Shown in pieces: positions 54,790 to 64,000 of a stretch of DNA of 64,000 bases. Position 1 is the stretch's first letter, and every line of letters begins with the position of its first letter. This DNA comes from Alphaproteobacteria bacterium (GTDB taxonomy: Bacteria; Pseudomonadota; Alphaproteobacteria; SP197): contig OZ219920.1 in the NCBI GenBank assembly GCA_964291415.2, positions 512,001 to 576,000 of the forward strand. The letters run 5' to 3'. The notes beneath the pieces were generated by a model that did no database searches, was not told the DNA's origin, and saw nothing but the letters and a program-made list of their open reading frames with translations. The position numbers and the translations under genes were made by a program.

Positions 54790-54933
54790 AGGGTGACTGG
54801 GGCACACTCTTCGTCATCACCACCCTCATGGTGCTCCCCTCGCTGGTCTGCCTCTTCCTCATCCGCTCGCGCCTCGCCGCCATGCTGGCAGGCGCGCGCG
54901 TCCGGCTCTTCACGAAAGAGACGGAATCCTGAT
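54790..54933 (+). repeat. 144-bp direct repeat copy 2 (orphan ampG 3' end)
   Basis: Encodes GDWGTLFVITTLMVLP..FTKETES. Confidence 0.95.
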
Positions 54934-54997
54934 TGACGTCAGAGGAGATCAATCTGGCAGGGATTCTGAGCCACCCGGCCCTCGAATCCGGATTGGA

Positions 54998-55260
54998 TCA
55001 ATCCGTCGTCGGCGCGAGGGGCCCTATGATTGTTACCGGGTCGCTGTCGAATACCGCCAGCAGTACCCGAGCTGACCGGCCGGGAACCCGGCGTCCCTGC
55101 TGCCAATCGATCGGCAAATGTCTGCCGGCTGAGGTGCAGGCGCTTGCGCGGGGCGACAATCCGATACGGCCTTGCCTCAAACATGGGCGAGGGTCTCGCC
55201 AAATGCTTCCTCAATCACAAGGCTGGCACCTGCGCGTTCGGTACTCTTCCTTCCCATCCT
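54998..55260 (-). pseudogene. HigA-like HTH antitoxin remnant
   Basis: RKRLHLSRQTFADR / DWQQGRRVPGRSARVLL in different frames. Confidence 0.6.
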
Positions 55261-55348
55261 CCCCATTCGGTGTTCGTCACCGGCCGTGCCTACGCCTTGC
55301 GGTCCGCCGTCCTTGGCTCACCGATGTTCCGCAAGATGTCTGCTCACC

Positions 55349-55633
55349 CTACTTACCAACGATCAACGCGCGCCTGACTGCCTCCGGTTCCTTCTGGATA
55401 ACGCGCAGGAGTGCTGCCGCAGGGCCGCTGATCCGCCGCGTTCCCTGCTCCCAATTTCTGTAGCCAGACAGGCTCATGCCCATCAAGGGGGCCATCTGAG
55501 CCTGAGTGAGCTTCGCCTGCTTGCGGACATCGCACGGGGTCACGGGTGCATGAACCACAGAAGGGCCTTCGCCCTTGGCATGGACCAGCGCCTCGTTGAG
55601 AGACTGGATCAGATCGTCTGCGAACGTACTCAT
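55349..55633 (-). CDS. HigA-like HTH antitoxin
   Basis: DLIQSLNEALVHAKG..LTQAQMA..NWEQG.RRISGPAAALL. Confidence 0.88.
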   Translation of the reverse strand: MSTFADDLIQSLNEALVHAKGEGPSVVHAPVTPCDVRKQAKLTQAQMAPLMGMSLSGYRNWEQGTRRISGPAAALLRVIQKEPEAVRRALIVGK

Positions 55634-55639
55634 GGCTTC

Positions 55640-55958
55640 TCCTTTCGGGCTCTCGTGATCGCCGCAGCGATCCGGGCTTCTTGGCGCCGCTCTGCCGGGT
55701 TCAGGTCCGTTCTGGCGGGGCGAGGAGCGCATGGACTGGTATGTCCTCACCACCACAGAAACAGATCAAACGCGCACCGCCTCGCTTGCCTCGGCCCAAC
55801 GCTGCAGACCGCAGCGTTCGGACGCCGCCCGTTCCTGGAATCTCGTCGCCTGGCGCGGAGGCTTCGGCCGGATAGTCGATCAGTGCCTTCCGTTCCTCCT
55901 CGCTGAACAGTCTGTCAGTCCGGTGCGTGAATGTCGGGGTCTCGGCGACGGCTTGCAT
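55640..55958 (-). pseudogene. RelE/HigB-like toxin, degenerate
   Basis: ETPTF, GDEIPGTGGVR, GKRGGARLI; premature end from a frameshift. Confidence 0.8.
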
Positions 55959-56181
55959 GGATCCATGATCTAACCCAATGGTGTAGATCCGTTACGGATT
56001 GAACGAAGGCCGCTTCGCGGCCATGGGTGCCGTGATCGGGTTCCAGTTCTGTCAGTCCGGTGCGTGAATGTCGGGGTCTCGGCGACGGCTTGCATGGATC
56101 CATGATCTAACCCAATGGTGTAGATCCGTTACGGATTGAACGAAGGCCGCTTCGCGGCCATGGGTGCCGTGATCGGGTTCC
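55911..56181. repeat. Tandem duplication of 134 bp (period 137)
   Basis: 55911-56044 identical to 56048-56181. Confidence 0.95.
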
Positions 56182-56339
56182 GTGTCGCGTGATCAACGTG
56201 AGTGGTGTGGAGGGAGCAGGATCCTTGCTGTTCCGATGATCTGAGAGGGGATTCACACGTCCTGGTCTCCCGACTGTTCGGGAGGACGATCAACCAGGAA
56301 GTGAGAGAGGAAGGTAAGGGACGTATCCCCTCTTTGCCA

Positions 56340-56544
56340 GAAGACCCCCGACGGCCTGCCGATGCACAGCTTCCGCACCCTCATCGACGATCTCGCCAGC
56401 GTCGTCGTCAACGTCATCCGCCTGCCGGGCGCCGGCCAGAAACGCACCACCATCGTCACCCGGAGGATCCGGCTGCAGAGCCGCGCCTTCGAACTCCTCG
56501 AGGTCAACCCCGACCGCACTGTTCCCATAAACCTGACAGGTTGA
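56340..56544 (+). pseudogene. IS1634-like transposase C-terminal remnant
   Basis: HSFRTLIDDLA..N...T..LQSRAFELL. Confidence 0.65.
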
Positions 56545-56577
56545 GACCGCGCTCCTCAGTCCAACAATGGCGTCGAG

Positions 56578-57039
56578 TCATAACGTTGGGAGACGATTGG
56601 CCTCTTCAAACCCGATGAAGCTACGACTAAACAGAGACCCAACACGGCGGATGAGCTCGATGCCCTCGTCGAGGGAACCGAGGACGGCGTCGAGCCAGTC
56701 CTGCCGCACTTTTGCCTCGCGGTCCTCCCGGCGGCGATGGATTGTCAGTGTCGGCGCGGCCTTGGCACAGCGCGAGCTGGCGACGGAGATTCCCCTGACC
56801 GCGATCTCGTTGACCCCGGCTACGGCGAGCTGTTTGTCGCCCCATGCGAGCATGCGGTTGAGGTTGTCGACCTTCTGTTCGTAGGGTGGCGTCGAGCCGC
56901 CGTGGTCGAGGGCGCGCCGGTTCCGGGCCTCGAGCTCGTCGCGGAGCCCGCGGTAGGCATCCTGGAGGAGTTCATAGCTGGTGCGGCGGAAGCGGAGATC
57001 GCCGTCACGCGTGTCGTCGAACTCGTAGCGATAGCTCAT
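56578..57039 (-). CDS. Hypothetical protein, possibly degenerate
   Basis: 153-aa ORF with protein-like composition in the first half; no recognised motif. Confidence 0.45.
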   Translation of the reverse strand: MSYRYEFDDTRDGDLRFRRTSYELLQDAYRGLRDELEARNRRALDHGGSTPPYEQKVDNLNRMLAWGDKQLAVAGVNEIAVRGISVASSRCAKAAPTLTIHRRREDREAKVRQDWLDAVLGSLDEGIELIRRVGSLFSRSFIGFEEANRLPTL

Positions 57040-57204
57040 GATGGTGCCGGGCTGGTGGACTGGACGAAGGGTTTCCGGACAGGCTGGCCGTGACTCGGGG
57101 ATGCTTGCGGGTTTGAAGATACCCCCATTATGCGTCTAGCAAGTGACGAAATTCGGAGCATGTCGAACTTGAAAGCGGTTTGAGAGATCATTAATTTCGT
57201 TATC

Positions 57205-58083
57205 ATGAGATACCAAAAACGCCCAATGCTAAACCATCTTCACCGGCTGCTGCCGGAAGGGCTGGTTGCGGACGCCGGCTGGTTCACCCGCCTGGGCTAC
57301 CCGAGCTCTCTGCGCAGCCGCTATTGCGCCAGCGGTTGGCTGGAACCTGTGGCGCGGGGGGTGTTTCGGCGCCCGCTGCACAAGCCGGGGATTGAGGCGA
57401 CAACAGTGCCGCTGCGCTGGCAACATATCGTGGTTTCGCTGCAGATGGTGCTGGAACAACCGGTCGCGGTGGGCGGGCGCACGGCGCTGGAACTGCACGG
57501 CTTCGCGCACTACCTGCCGAGCGAGGGGCCGCGGGAGGTTCACCTTTACGGAGACGAACGGGCGCCGGGATGGCTCAGCAAGCTGCCCATCGTCACGCCC
57601 TTCGTCTTTCACAATGCCCGCAAGCTGTTTCGCGTTGAGCCGATCGCGGCCGGTCTCGAACGGCTCAAGTCGGCGATGGCCGTTGAGGGGCCGTCGCACC
57701 AGGCACAGATCCATGGCAGCTTGACTTGGCGGCACTTCGGCGACGGGGACTGGCCCATCGTGATGTCGACGCCGGAACGGGCGGTACTGGAACTGCTGGA
57801 CGAGCTTCCCGGCGGGGAGACGTTCCACCAGGTCGACATGCTCATGGAAGGTCTGGCCGGTCTCAGCCCGAAGCGCACCAGCCGTCTGCTCGGGGAATGC
57901 CGAAGCGTCAAGGTGAAGCGCCTGTTTCTGTGGTTTGCCGAACGCCACGGGCATCCGTGGCTCGATCGCCTCGACCGCGACGGGATCGATCTCGGCAAGG
58001 GAAAGCGTATGCTGGTGCGGGGCGGCAAGCTCGACACGAAGTACCAGATCACGGTTCCGGAAGACCTCGATGCCGGTGGATGA
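57205..58083 (+). CDS. abiEi: Type IV TA antitoxin AbiEi
   Basis: LPEGLV, VGGRTALELHGFAHY, STPERAVLELL, CRSVKVKRLFLWFA. Confidence 0.92.
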   Translation: MRYQKRPMLNHLHRLLPEGLVADAGWFTRLGYPSSLRSRYCASGWLEPVARGVFRRPLHKPGIEATTVPLRWQHIVVSLQMVLEQPVAVGGRTALELHGFAHYLPSEGPREVHLYGDERAPGWLSKLPIVTPFVFHNARKLFRVEPIAAGLERLKSAMAVEGPSHQAQIHGSLTWRHFGDGDWPIVMSTPERAVLELLDELPGGETFHQVDMLMEGLAGLSPKRTSRLLGECRSVKVKRLFLWFAERHGHPWLDRLDRDGIDLGKGKRMLVRGGKLDTKYQITVPEDLDAGG

Positions 58084-59041
58084 GCGATACCGGCGGCAGG
58101 TCGAGCTGCTGGTGCGCACCCTGCCTTACGTTGCCCAGGAGAGGTGCTTCGCGCTGAAGGGCGGGACGGCGATCAACCTGTTCTTCCGAAACCTTCCCCG
58201 GCTGTCGGTCGACATCGACCTCACCTATCTGCCGGTGGCTGACCGGGCACGGTCGCTTGCGGACATCGAGGCCGCGCTGCGACAAATCGGTGAGCGTATC
58301 GAAGGCGCCCTTGCATTCGCCCGCGTTCAGACCGGAGTGCTGAAAGAGGAAGGCACGGTCAACAAGCTCTTCATCCGCGAACGCGGCACGCAGATCAAGG
58401 TCGAGGTCACGCCGGTGTTGCGCGGCTGCGTGTTCGAGGCGGAGGAAAAGGCGGTCTCGGATGCGGTTGAGGAGCAGTTCGGCTTTGCCGCCATTCAGGT
58501 GGTGTCGTTCCCGGACCTGTTCGCCGGCAAGCTGGTGGCGGCGCTCGACCGTCAACATCCGCGTGACCTGTTCGACGTCCATGATCTGCTGTCGAACGAG
58601 GGGATCGACGGCGAGCTCCGCACCGCCTTCATCGTCTACCTGGTGAGCCATCATCGGCCGATCGAGAGGCTGTTGGCGCCGGTGCGCCGGGACATGCGCG
58701 AAGAGTTCGAGCGTGGTCTGGCAGGGATGATGGAGGTTCCCGTCGCGCTGGACGTTCTGGAGCGGACCCGCGAGGAGCTGGTGGCCGCGATTGTCGGCCG
58801 CATGCCTGATGCCCACCGGGAGTTCCTGCTGTCCATCGCGGGCGGGGAACCGCAATGGTCGCTGCTTGGGATGCGCAGCGTCAGTAGCCTTCCCGCAGTG
58901 GAGTGGCGGATGAGGAAGCTCGCACAGCTCGACGAGAGGGAGCGATCGGCGATGGTCCGGAGGATCGAGGCGGCACTGACGGACAGGATCGATCGCGCCT
59001 CCATGCCGACGCCTACTGGTCCCGGTGTTAGCTGTGGATAA
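58070..59041 (+). CDS. abiEii: Type IV TA nucleotidyltransferase toxin AbiEii
   Basis: FALKGGTAINLF, RLSVDIDL, GKLVAALDRQHPRDLFD. Confidence 0.94.
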   Translation: MPVDERYRRQVELLVRTLPYVAQERCFALKGGTAINLFFRNLPRLSVDIDLTYLPVADRARSLADIEAALRQIGERIEGALAFARVQTGVLKEEGTVNKLFIRERGTQIKVEVTPVLRGCVFEAEEKAVSDAVEEQFGFAAIQVVSFPDLFAGKLVAALDRQHPRDLFDVHDLLSNEGIDGELRTAFIVYLVSHHRPIERLLAPVRRDMREEFERGLAGMMEVPVALDVLERTREELVAAIVGRMPDAHREFLLSIAGGEPQWSLLGMRSVSSLPAVEWRMRKLAQLDERERSAMVRRIEAALTDRIDRASMPTPTGPGVSCG

Positions 59042-59137
59042 GTGGCCCGCCGCAGCGACCACCGGGAGTCTGGCGGAGGCGGACTGCCTATCCACAGCGG
59101 GCGGCGTGCGGCGAAGTCGTTGTCGGCGTCGGCGGTC

Positions 59138-59920
59138 ATGATCCATCCTTTCATGTGGAAGGCCTTCCGCCAGCCCGTCATTGCGGCATTCCCGAAGGCC
59201 CCCGGACTGCCGCAGGATACGAATGCCTATCTCTCCTTCATCGATGACATGTATTGGAGTGACGCCTATCACTCGTTGTCGATCGAAGGATACCGTGTAA
59301 CGCCCGAACTGATCGAACAGGTGCGTGCAGGTGATTGGGACCCGCACGGGCATGACACCGACCGACAGACCCGCGATGCACTGGCCGCGCGCGGTTACTG
59401 GCAGGCATTTCAGGTTGTCCGAGAGACTGTCGGGCGAGTGATTGAGGGCGCGAATCCCGGCGCCTTGGCCCGTGCCGTTCATCGGGATTGGCATCGAGAA
59501 ATGTTTGAGCCCTGTGTTGCCGCAGGCCTGATCGAAGCTTCGGCGCTTGCCGGCTACCGGAACGACCCGGTTTTCCTGCGCGGATCGCGCCACGTTCCGC
59601 CCCGCTGGGAAGCCGTGCGTGACGCCATACCGGCGCTGTTCGACTTGCTGGAAAACGAACCCGAATCGTCGGTACGCGCCCTCCTGGGGCACTGGCTCTT
59701 CGGTTACATCCACCCCTATCTGGACGGCGACGGGCGCATGACACGCTTCCTCATGAACACAATGCTGGCCTCAGGCGGCTATCCATGGAACATCATCCGC
59801 GTGGAGCACCGCGATCCCTATTTCGCCGCGCTTGAATGCGCCAGCGTTCAACAGGACATAGAACCACTCGCGAGGTTTGTTGCCGACCAGGTGGTGTGGT
59901 CGATGGAGCACGCCAGCTGA
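59138..59920 (+). pseudogene. Fic-domain protein, probably N-terminally truncated
   Basis: DAYHSLSIEGY; HPYLDGDGRMTRF, where canonical Fic has HPFxDGNGR. Confidence 0.75.
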
Positions 59921-60084
59921 GCGCGCAGTCTTGCGGTGCTCGACGCTTCCTACCTTTCCCGCGATCCCGCTCCGCCCCGGGTAAGGTCCTCGCTGCTTTG
60001 CCTCACCCACCGTCACACCCGCTCCGGGCGTATGGGTCCCGACGCCGAATGGACCGCTATCGTGGCACGCCATTCAGTTCCACG

Positions 60085-60486
60085 TCATGGCGAGGCGCCG
60101 AGTACGAACCCCAGAACCATCGCGACGACGGCGAACATCGCAACGCCCCAGACGATGCTGCGAAGCCCGGGGATTCCGGAGGCGTAGGCGGGCAGGTAGA
60201 CCACCCGGCCGCAGAACCACACCCAGCCGCCGTACGCGGTCAAGTCGTTGGCGCGGCCAGACAGTTCGACGGCGATGAGCACCGCCAGCACGGCCGGCAG
60301 TGTTTCGAGATAGTTCGCACACGCGCGCTTCAAACGCCCGTTCACCAGAGTTTCGCGCGGCGGATTGTCGCGAGCACCGAGCGCCCAGGCGTTTCCTGCG
60401 GTGGCCCATTGGGCAAATCCATGCGCGCAGACGTGAACGAACAGCCACGCCCCCGCGAGCACGATCAGCAAGACTTCGTCGGTCAC
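60085..60486 (-). CDS. MAPEG-family membrane protein
   Basis: GARD, RLKRACANYLETLP, GRVVYLPAYASG..LRS. Confidence 0.85.
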   Translation of the reverse strand: MTDEVLLIVLAGAWLFVHVCAHGFAQWATAGNAWALGARDNPPRETLVNGRLKRACANYLETLPAVLAVLIAVELSGRANDLTAYGGWVWFCGRVVYLPAYASGIPGLRSIVWGVAMFAVVAMVLGFVLGASP

Positions 60487-60909
60487 CGTACCAGCCCCCT
60501 GTCACACCACTGTCTCGCATCAGGCATCGTCATGGCGACCCCTCATCCACAAACTCTGCATCGGAAGACCGATTACTCTGAACCCAGACCCAGGTCGAAC
60601 CGGAAGAGTAGCAGGCGCAGCGGAGTCGTCACGTTCACGGCTCTCCTTATGCAACCCTACCGCCCCTCAGCAACGCTTGTCGGTGGTGGAGAGTTTTCAT
60701 GAGGGGGTCGTTCTCGTGCATGCTGAGCGGCTACGCACGGGCCTCCGCGGCCGATGGCGCGGCGAAGGCGCCGGGCTCGAGGTTGCCGACGCGTCAGCGA
60801 CGGCGCGCCGCTATGTCAAGCTTGCCCCGATGAGGCCCCTCGGTTGCCGGACCGGTCTGTCAATTTGGCACGCGCCCGAGTTTCCAGATGATGGCCGATC
60901 GTTTTCAGG

Positions 60910-61069
60910 GCCGCGTCGTCCTGGGATTACCCGCCAGCGAAGGTCAGCGTGTTGTCCTTGATTCGGTAGCCCTCGTCGATGAGGGCGGAGCATGCCGGCA
61001 GCGCGTGTCGTCGAATACGGCATCATGCAGCGTCGCCAAGATGCGGTCGAACATCGTTCAGTCGCTCAT
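60910..61069 (-). pseudogene. 5' remnant of a paralogue of the LuxR-type regulator
   Basis: FDRILATLHDAVFDDTR / SALIDE resembles FGRILAALHEAALDDTRW..AQIEE at 35661; contains stops. Confidence 0.65.
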
Positions 61070-61274
61070 GGCAGTGCCATCTTCGTGGCTCGCCCCGGGG
61101 CAGGCAATCCGCGGGCGGGATGGGAAGCTTGTATCCGATAAACGTGACGATTGAATAAAACTCAAACCTGTCCGGTTGTCGACGGTCGCTTCGGTTCTGC
61201 CGATGAACTCACTCCAATACAGGAGAGCAGACATTCTGCTGACAAACACTCCTGTGGCTCGAACTTCGCTTGAT

Positions 61275-61645
61275 TCAGTCGCCATCTGCAAGGATAGGCG
61301 TTTGGATTCCGGTTAACCCCACCATTTTGAGGGTAGGTGTGAGAATATCGGAAGCACCGGTTTGAGTGAGCCGCAGGATTACCCGATCGAGTGCGGCGCC
61401 GCCCCCTCGCGTGTGAATGCGGTTTCCCGTCTGATTGCGGGGAGTCGAGTTTTCGCCTTTCAAATTCTTTGCTCCTCCCCGCAATATTGCCGGGGTGGTT
61501 GGGATCTCGGTTGCCTACCCTTCCATATGGGAAGTAGGTCTTTGACCCTTGGTTCGATTGTCGGAACGTCTTCAATGAAGTTGGCAAGTGCCTGAAGGAA
61601 GGTTTGGACTGTCTCTGAATCAAAATGCTTGGTTTCGTTGTTCAT
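61275..61645 (-). pseudogene. Hypothetical gene fragment, lower GC
   Basis: Two overlapping short ORFs; no motif. Confidence 0.3.
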
Positions 61646-61775
61646 GGTTCAAGCTTCAGTAAAGGTGGAGGGGCCTTGGGAGTTCGCCGGGGAGGTCGAT
61701 GGGGACCGTGTGGCAGATGACAGCCCAGTTGGTTCATAATCTAGCCGCCGGTGCCGTGTGCAACTTGCGAGGACA

Positions 61776-62182
61776 TGATGGCTAAGAAAGCCGACAGAAA
61801 GTCTAGAGGTCTTCAAAATGCCTTGAAGAAGATCGCGTTGCGATATCTGAAGGTGTACTTCGATAGTTCCATCGCCCTGGGCTTCTTTTGGCGAAGTTTC
61901 TGGACGTTCATTGGATCAGCGGCATTGTTTGCAATGTTGTTCTCCTTTTCCATCGGGGATCCGTTGTTCGCGTTCGAAAAGACGCTGAAGAGTGCACTGG
62001 GAGGCGACCTTGAAGTCAGTCAAGTTCTCTTGCTGGCTATGTTCTCCTCAACACCGTTGTTCCTTGCGCTAGCGGTTGGTTTGAGCGTTCGTACTGGGCG
62101 ACCATTACGCTTCTTTCTTATCGGCTTCTTCTTGTCTGGTTTGTTGCTTACAGTCGTGGATCTACAGGTTCCCCCCGGTTAG
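61776..62182 (+). CDS. Low-GC hypothetical membrane protein
   Basis: GAGGA RBS; three hydrophobic segments. Confidence 0.65.
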
Positions 62183-62189
62183 AACTAAG

Positions 62190-62550
62190 GTATCCGGTCA
62201 CTTTGCGACGTCGTTGACGCCGAGTGTCCGCACCCCTGAGCAGTCTGTGATTGTCAGGCGGCCTGCGGCGCCTTCGCGGGCTCGGCTTTGCTGACGTCGG
62301 ATGTCATCGGGTTGTCGGCGAAGTGGTCCTTCCACAGGCGTGGCGTCAGCTGAACCACGTCCCGGGCCGGATGGACCGAGACCCGCTGTAGGACATCCAA
62401 CAGCCACGTGTAGGGATCGATACCGTGCAGGCGACATGTCAGCACCAGGCGCTGCAGGATCCCGACGGCGTCCGCACCCGCCTCGCTCCAGCAGAACAGC
62501 CAGTTGCGGCGGCCCAGCGCGACCGGCCTGACGCACTTTTCGAGATGGCT
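62190..62550 (-). pseudogene. IS66 transposase 3' remnant and terminal sequence
   Basis: RPVALGRRNWLFCWSE..TCRLHGIDPYTWL.DVL..LTPRLW; GTATCCG end at 62190. Confidence 0.85.
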
Positions 62551-62687
62551 ATCCCGGACACCGGATTATTCCGGAGTCATTCCACAACCTGTGGATTTCT
62601 GCGGACATTGTGCGCTTGATGCCGGGATAATCACAAGCTGTCGTCTCCCGCTGGCTCGGTTGCCAGCGTCTGCAAAGGAGACGACAG

Positions 62688-63928
62688 ATGTCGACAACCA
62701 CCTTCTTTACCTCGTCAACGGGCTGGAACCTGTTGCACGCCGGCCCGCTCGGCGACCATGTTGATGATTTTGCAAACTGGCTCGCGGATCAGGGCTACGC
62801 GCGACCGACCGGACGTCGGAAGCTCCGACTGGCCGGTCAGTTCAGCCGCTGGCTGGAGGATCAGGGGCTCGGCCCTGCGGCACTGGACGAAGAGCACCTC
62901 GAACGGTTTCGTCGCTTCCGATCGCGCCACGGCAAGTACACGGCCAACGTCATGTCCGACGGTCGGACGCTGTTGACATGGCGCGCGAGTCCGGCCGTCT
63001 GGCGCCGCAAGCAGCCGAACCGTCGTGCGATGACCCGATCGGGGAGACCGTGGACCGGTATGAACGCTTCCTCTTCGACGAGCGCGGCGTAAGCCCGAGA
63101 ACCGTGCAGACTTATCTGTCGAGCGTTCGAGCCTTGTTCGGTGACCGTTTCCACTCCGGATCCCCTGCGGCTCTGGCTCTCCAGGACATCAACCGGTTCA
63201 TTCTCCACTCGTGTCAGCGCCACAGTCCGGCAACGACGCGGGGCCATGTGACGGCGTTGCGCAGTTTCACGGGATATCTGTATCGATCCGGGATCATGGC
63301 CACGGACATTGCCGATGGCATCGCCGGGGTCAGAGCCTGTCGTCTGTCGAACCTGCCCAGGGGGTTGGAGCCCGATCAGGTCCAGGCGGTGCTCGACAGT
63401 TGCGACCGCGGCACGGTCATCGGCCGGCGCGATTACGGCGTTCTGCTGTTGCTGGCGCTCCTCGGGTTGCGGGCCTGCGAGGTCGTCCGCCTGACCCTGG
63501 ACGACATCGACTGGTCGAACGCCGAGATCAGCGTGGTCGGCAAGGGTAGCCGGCGCGATGTTCTGCCCCTGCCCCACGAAGTCGGCGAAGGCCTGGCCGC
63601 GTATCTGCAGGCCGGTCGGCCGAGTTGTGCGACACGCCGTGTGTTCGTCGGGCGCTATGCCCCCGTTCACGGCTTTCAGTCGTCGGCCGCGGTCGGACAT
63701 ATCGTTCGTCGTGCGCTGGCACAGGCCGGAATCGAACGACCCGGCAGGGGCGCGGCCCACCTGTTTCGTCATGCGCTGGCAACCAGAATGCTGCGCAACG
63801 GAGCCTCGCTCGAGGAGATCGGGCAGATCCTGCGACACCAGCATCCCGACAGCACTCGGATCTACGCCAAGATCGATCTTGACGCCCTTCGCCCCCTGGC
63901 TCCGGCGTGGCCGGGAGGTGCGGCATGA
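62688..63928 (+). CDS. RitA-type tyrosine recombinase (frameshift near 62975)
   Basis: GPLGDHVDDF..L..QGYA; GRRDYGVL..GLRACE, GKG, HLFRH, LRH, TRIY. Confidence 0.88.
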
Positions 63929-64000
63929 CAAGCCTTCGTATCCTCTGTGAGGACTATCTCGCCTTCCGCCGCGCCCTGGGAACCAAGCTCATCATGACGC
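63925..64000 (+). CDS. RitB-type recombinase start (truncated by window edge)
   Basis: ATGA overlap; MTSLRILCEDYLAFRRALGTKL. Confidence 0.75.
   Translation, partial: MTSLRILCEDYLAFRRALGTKLIMT

Larger units (their letters stand above)
62551..64000 (+). mobile_element. Left part of a RIT (recombinases-in-trio) element
   Basis: CCGGACACCGGATTATTCCG end-like sequence, then two overlapping tyrosine recombinase genes. Confidence 0.75.

Noticed and set aside
55911-56181. Possible CRISPR array
   Set aside because: Only two long identical units, no spacers and no cas genes.
62688-63928. Tyrosine recombinase as the integron integrase for the attC array
   Set aside because: RIT-type architecture, no IntI-specific insertion seen, and 21 kb from the array.

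Overview
High-GC bacterial DNA, probably alphaproteobacterial (inference). The window is almost entirely accessory or mobile sequence in three blocks. (1) 1-21.2 kb: an F-type conjugative T4SS operon on the minus strand (traA-L-E-K-B-V-C-[HD protein, small ORF]-trbI-trhF-traW-ssb-traU-trbC-traN-traF-traH-traG, then traD running off the left edge). It is headed by a Cro-like/excisionase-like gene that is divergent from an S24-peptidase CI-like repressor. (2) 21.2-37.8 kb: a ~13 kb repeat-rich autotransporter adhesin gene with a (CGGCT)18 tract at its 5' end, a LuxR-type regulator, and a cytochrome P450. The adhesin and the regulator share a 16-bp palindromic box upstream. (3) 37.8-64 kb: duplicated excisionase-like genes flank HU and an integrase-less integron cassette array (attC sites; TIR, DUF2971 and one unknown cassette). 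After that come intact IS21 and IS630 elements, two MITEs, many toxin-antitoxin modules with mostly broken toxins, an adenylate cyclase, ampG with a duplicated 3' end, AbiE, IS remnants and the start of a RIT element. Many genes in the first 31 kb are frameshifted, and sequencing indels cannot be separated from real decay here. Family assignments come from recognising motifs by eye, not from database searches, and some coordinates are approximate.
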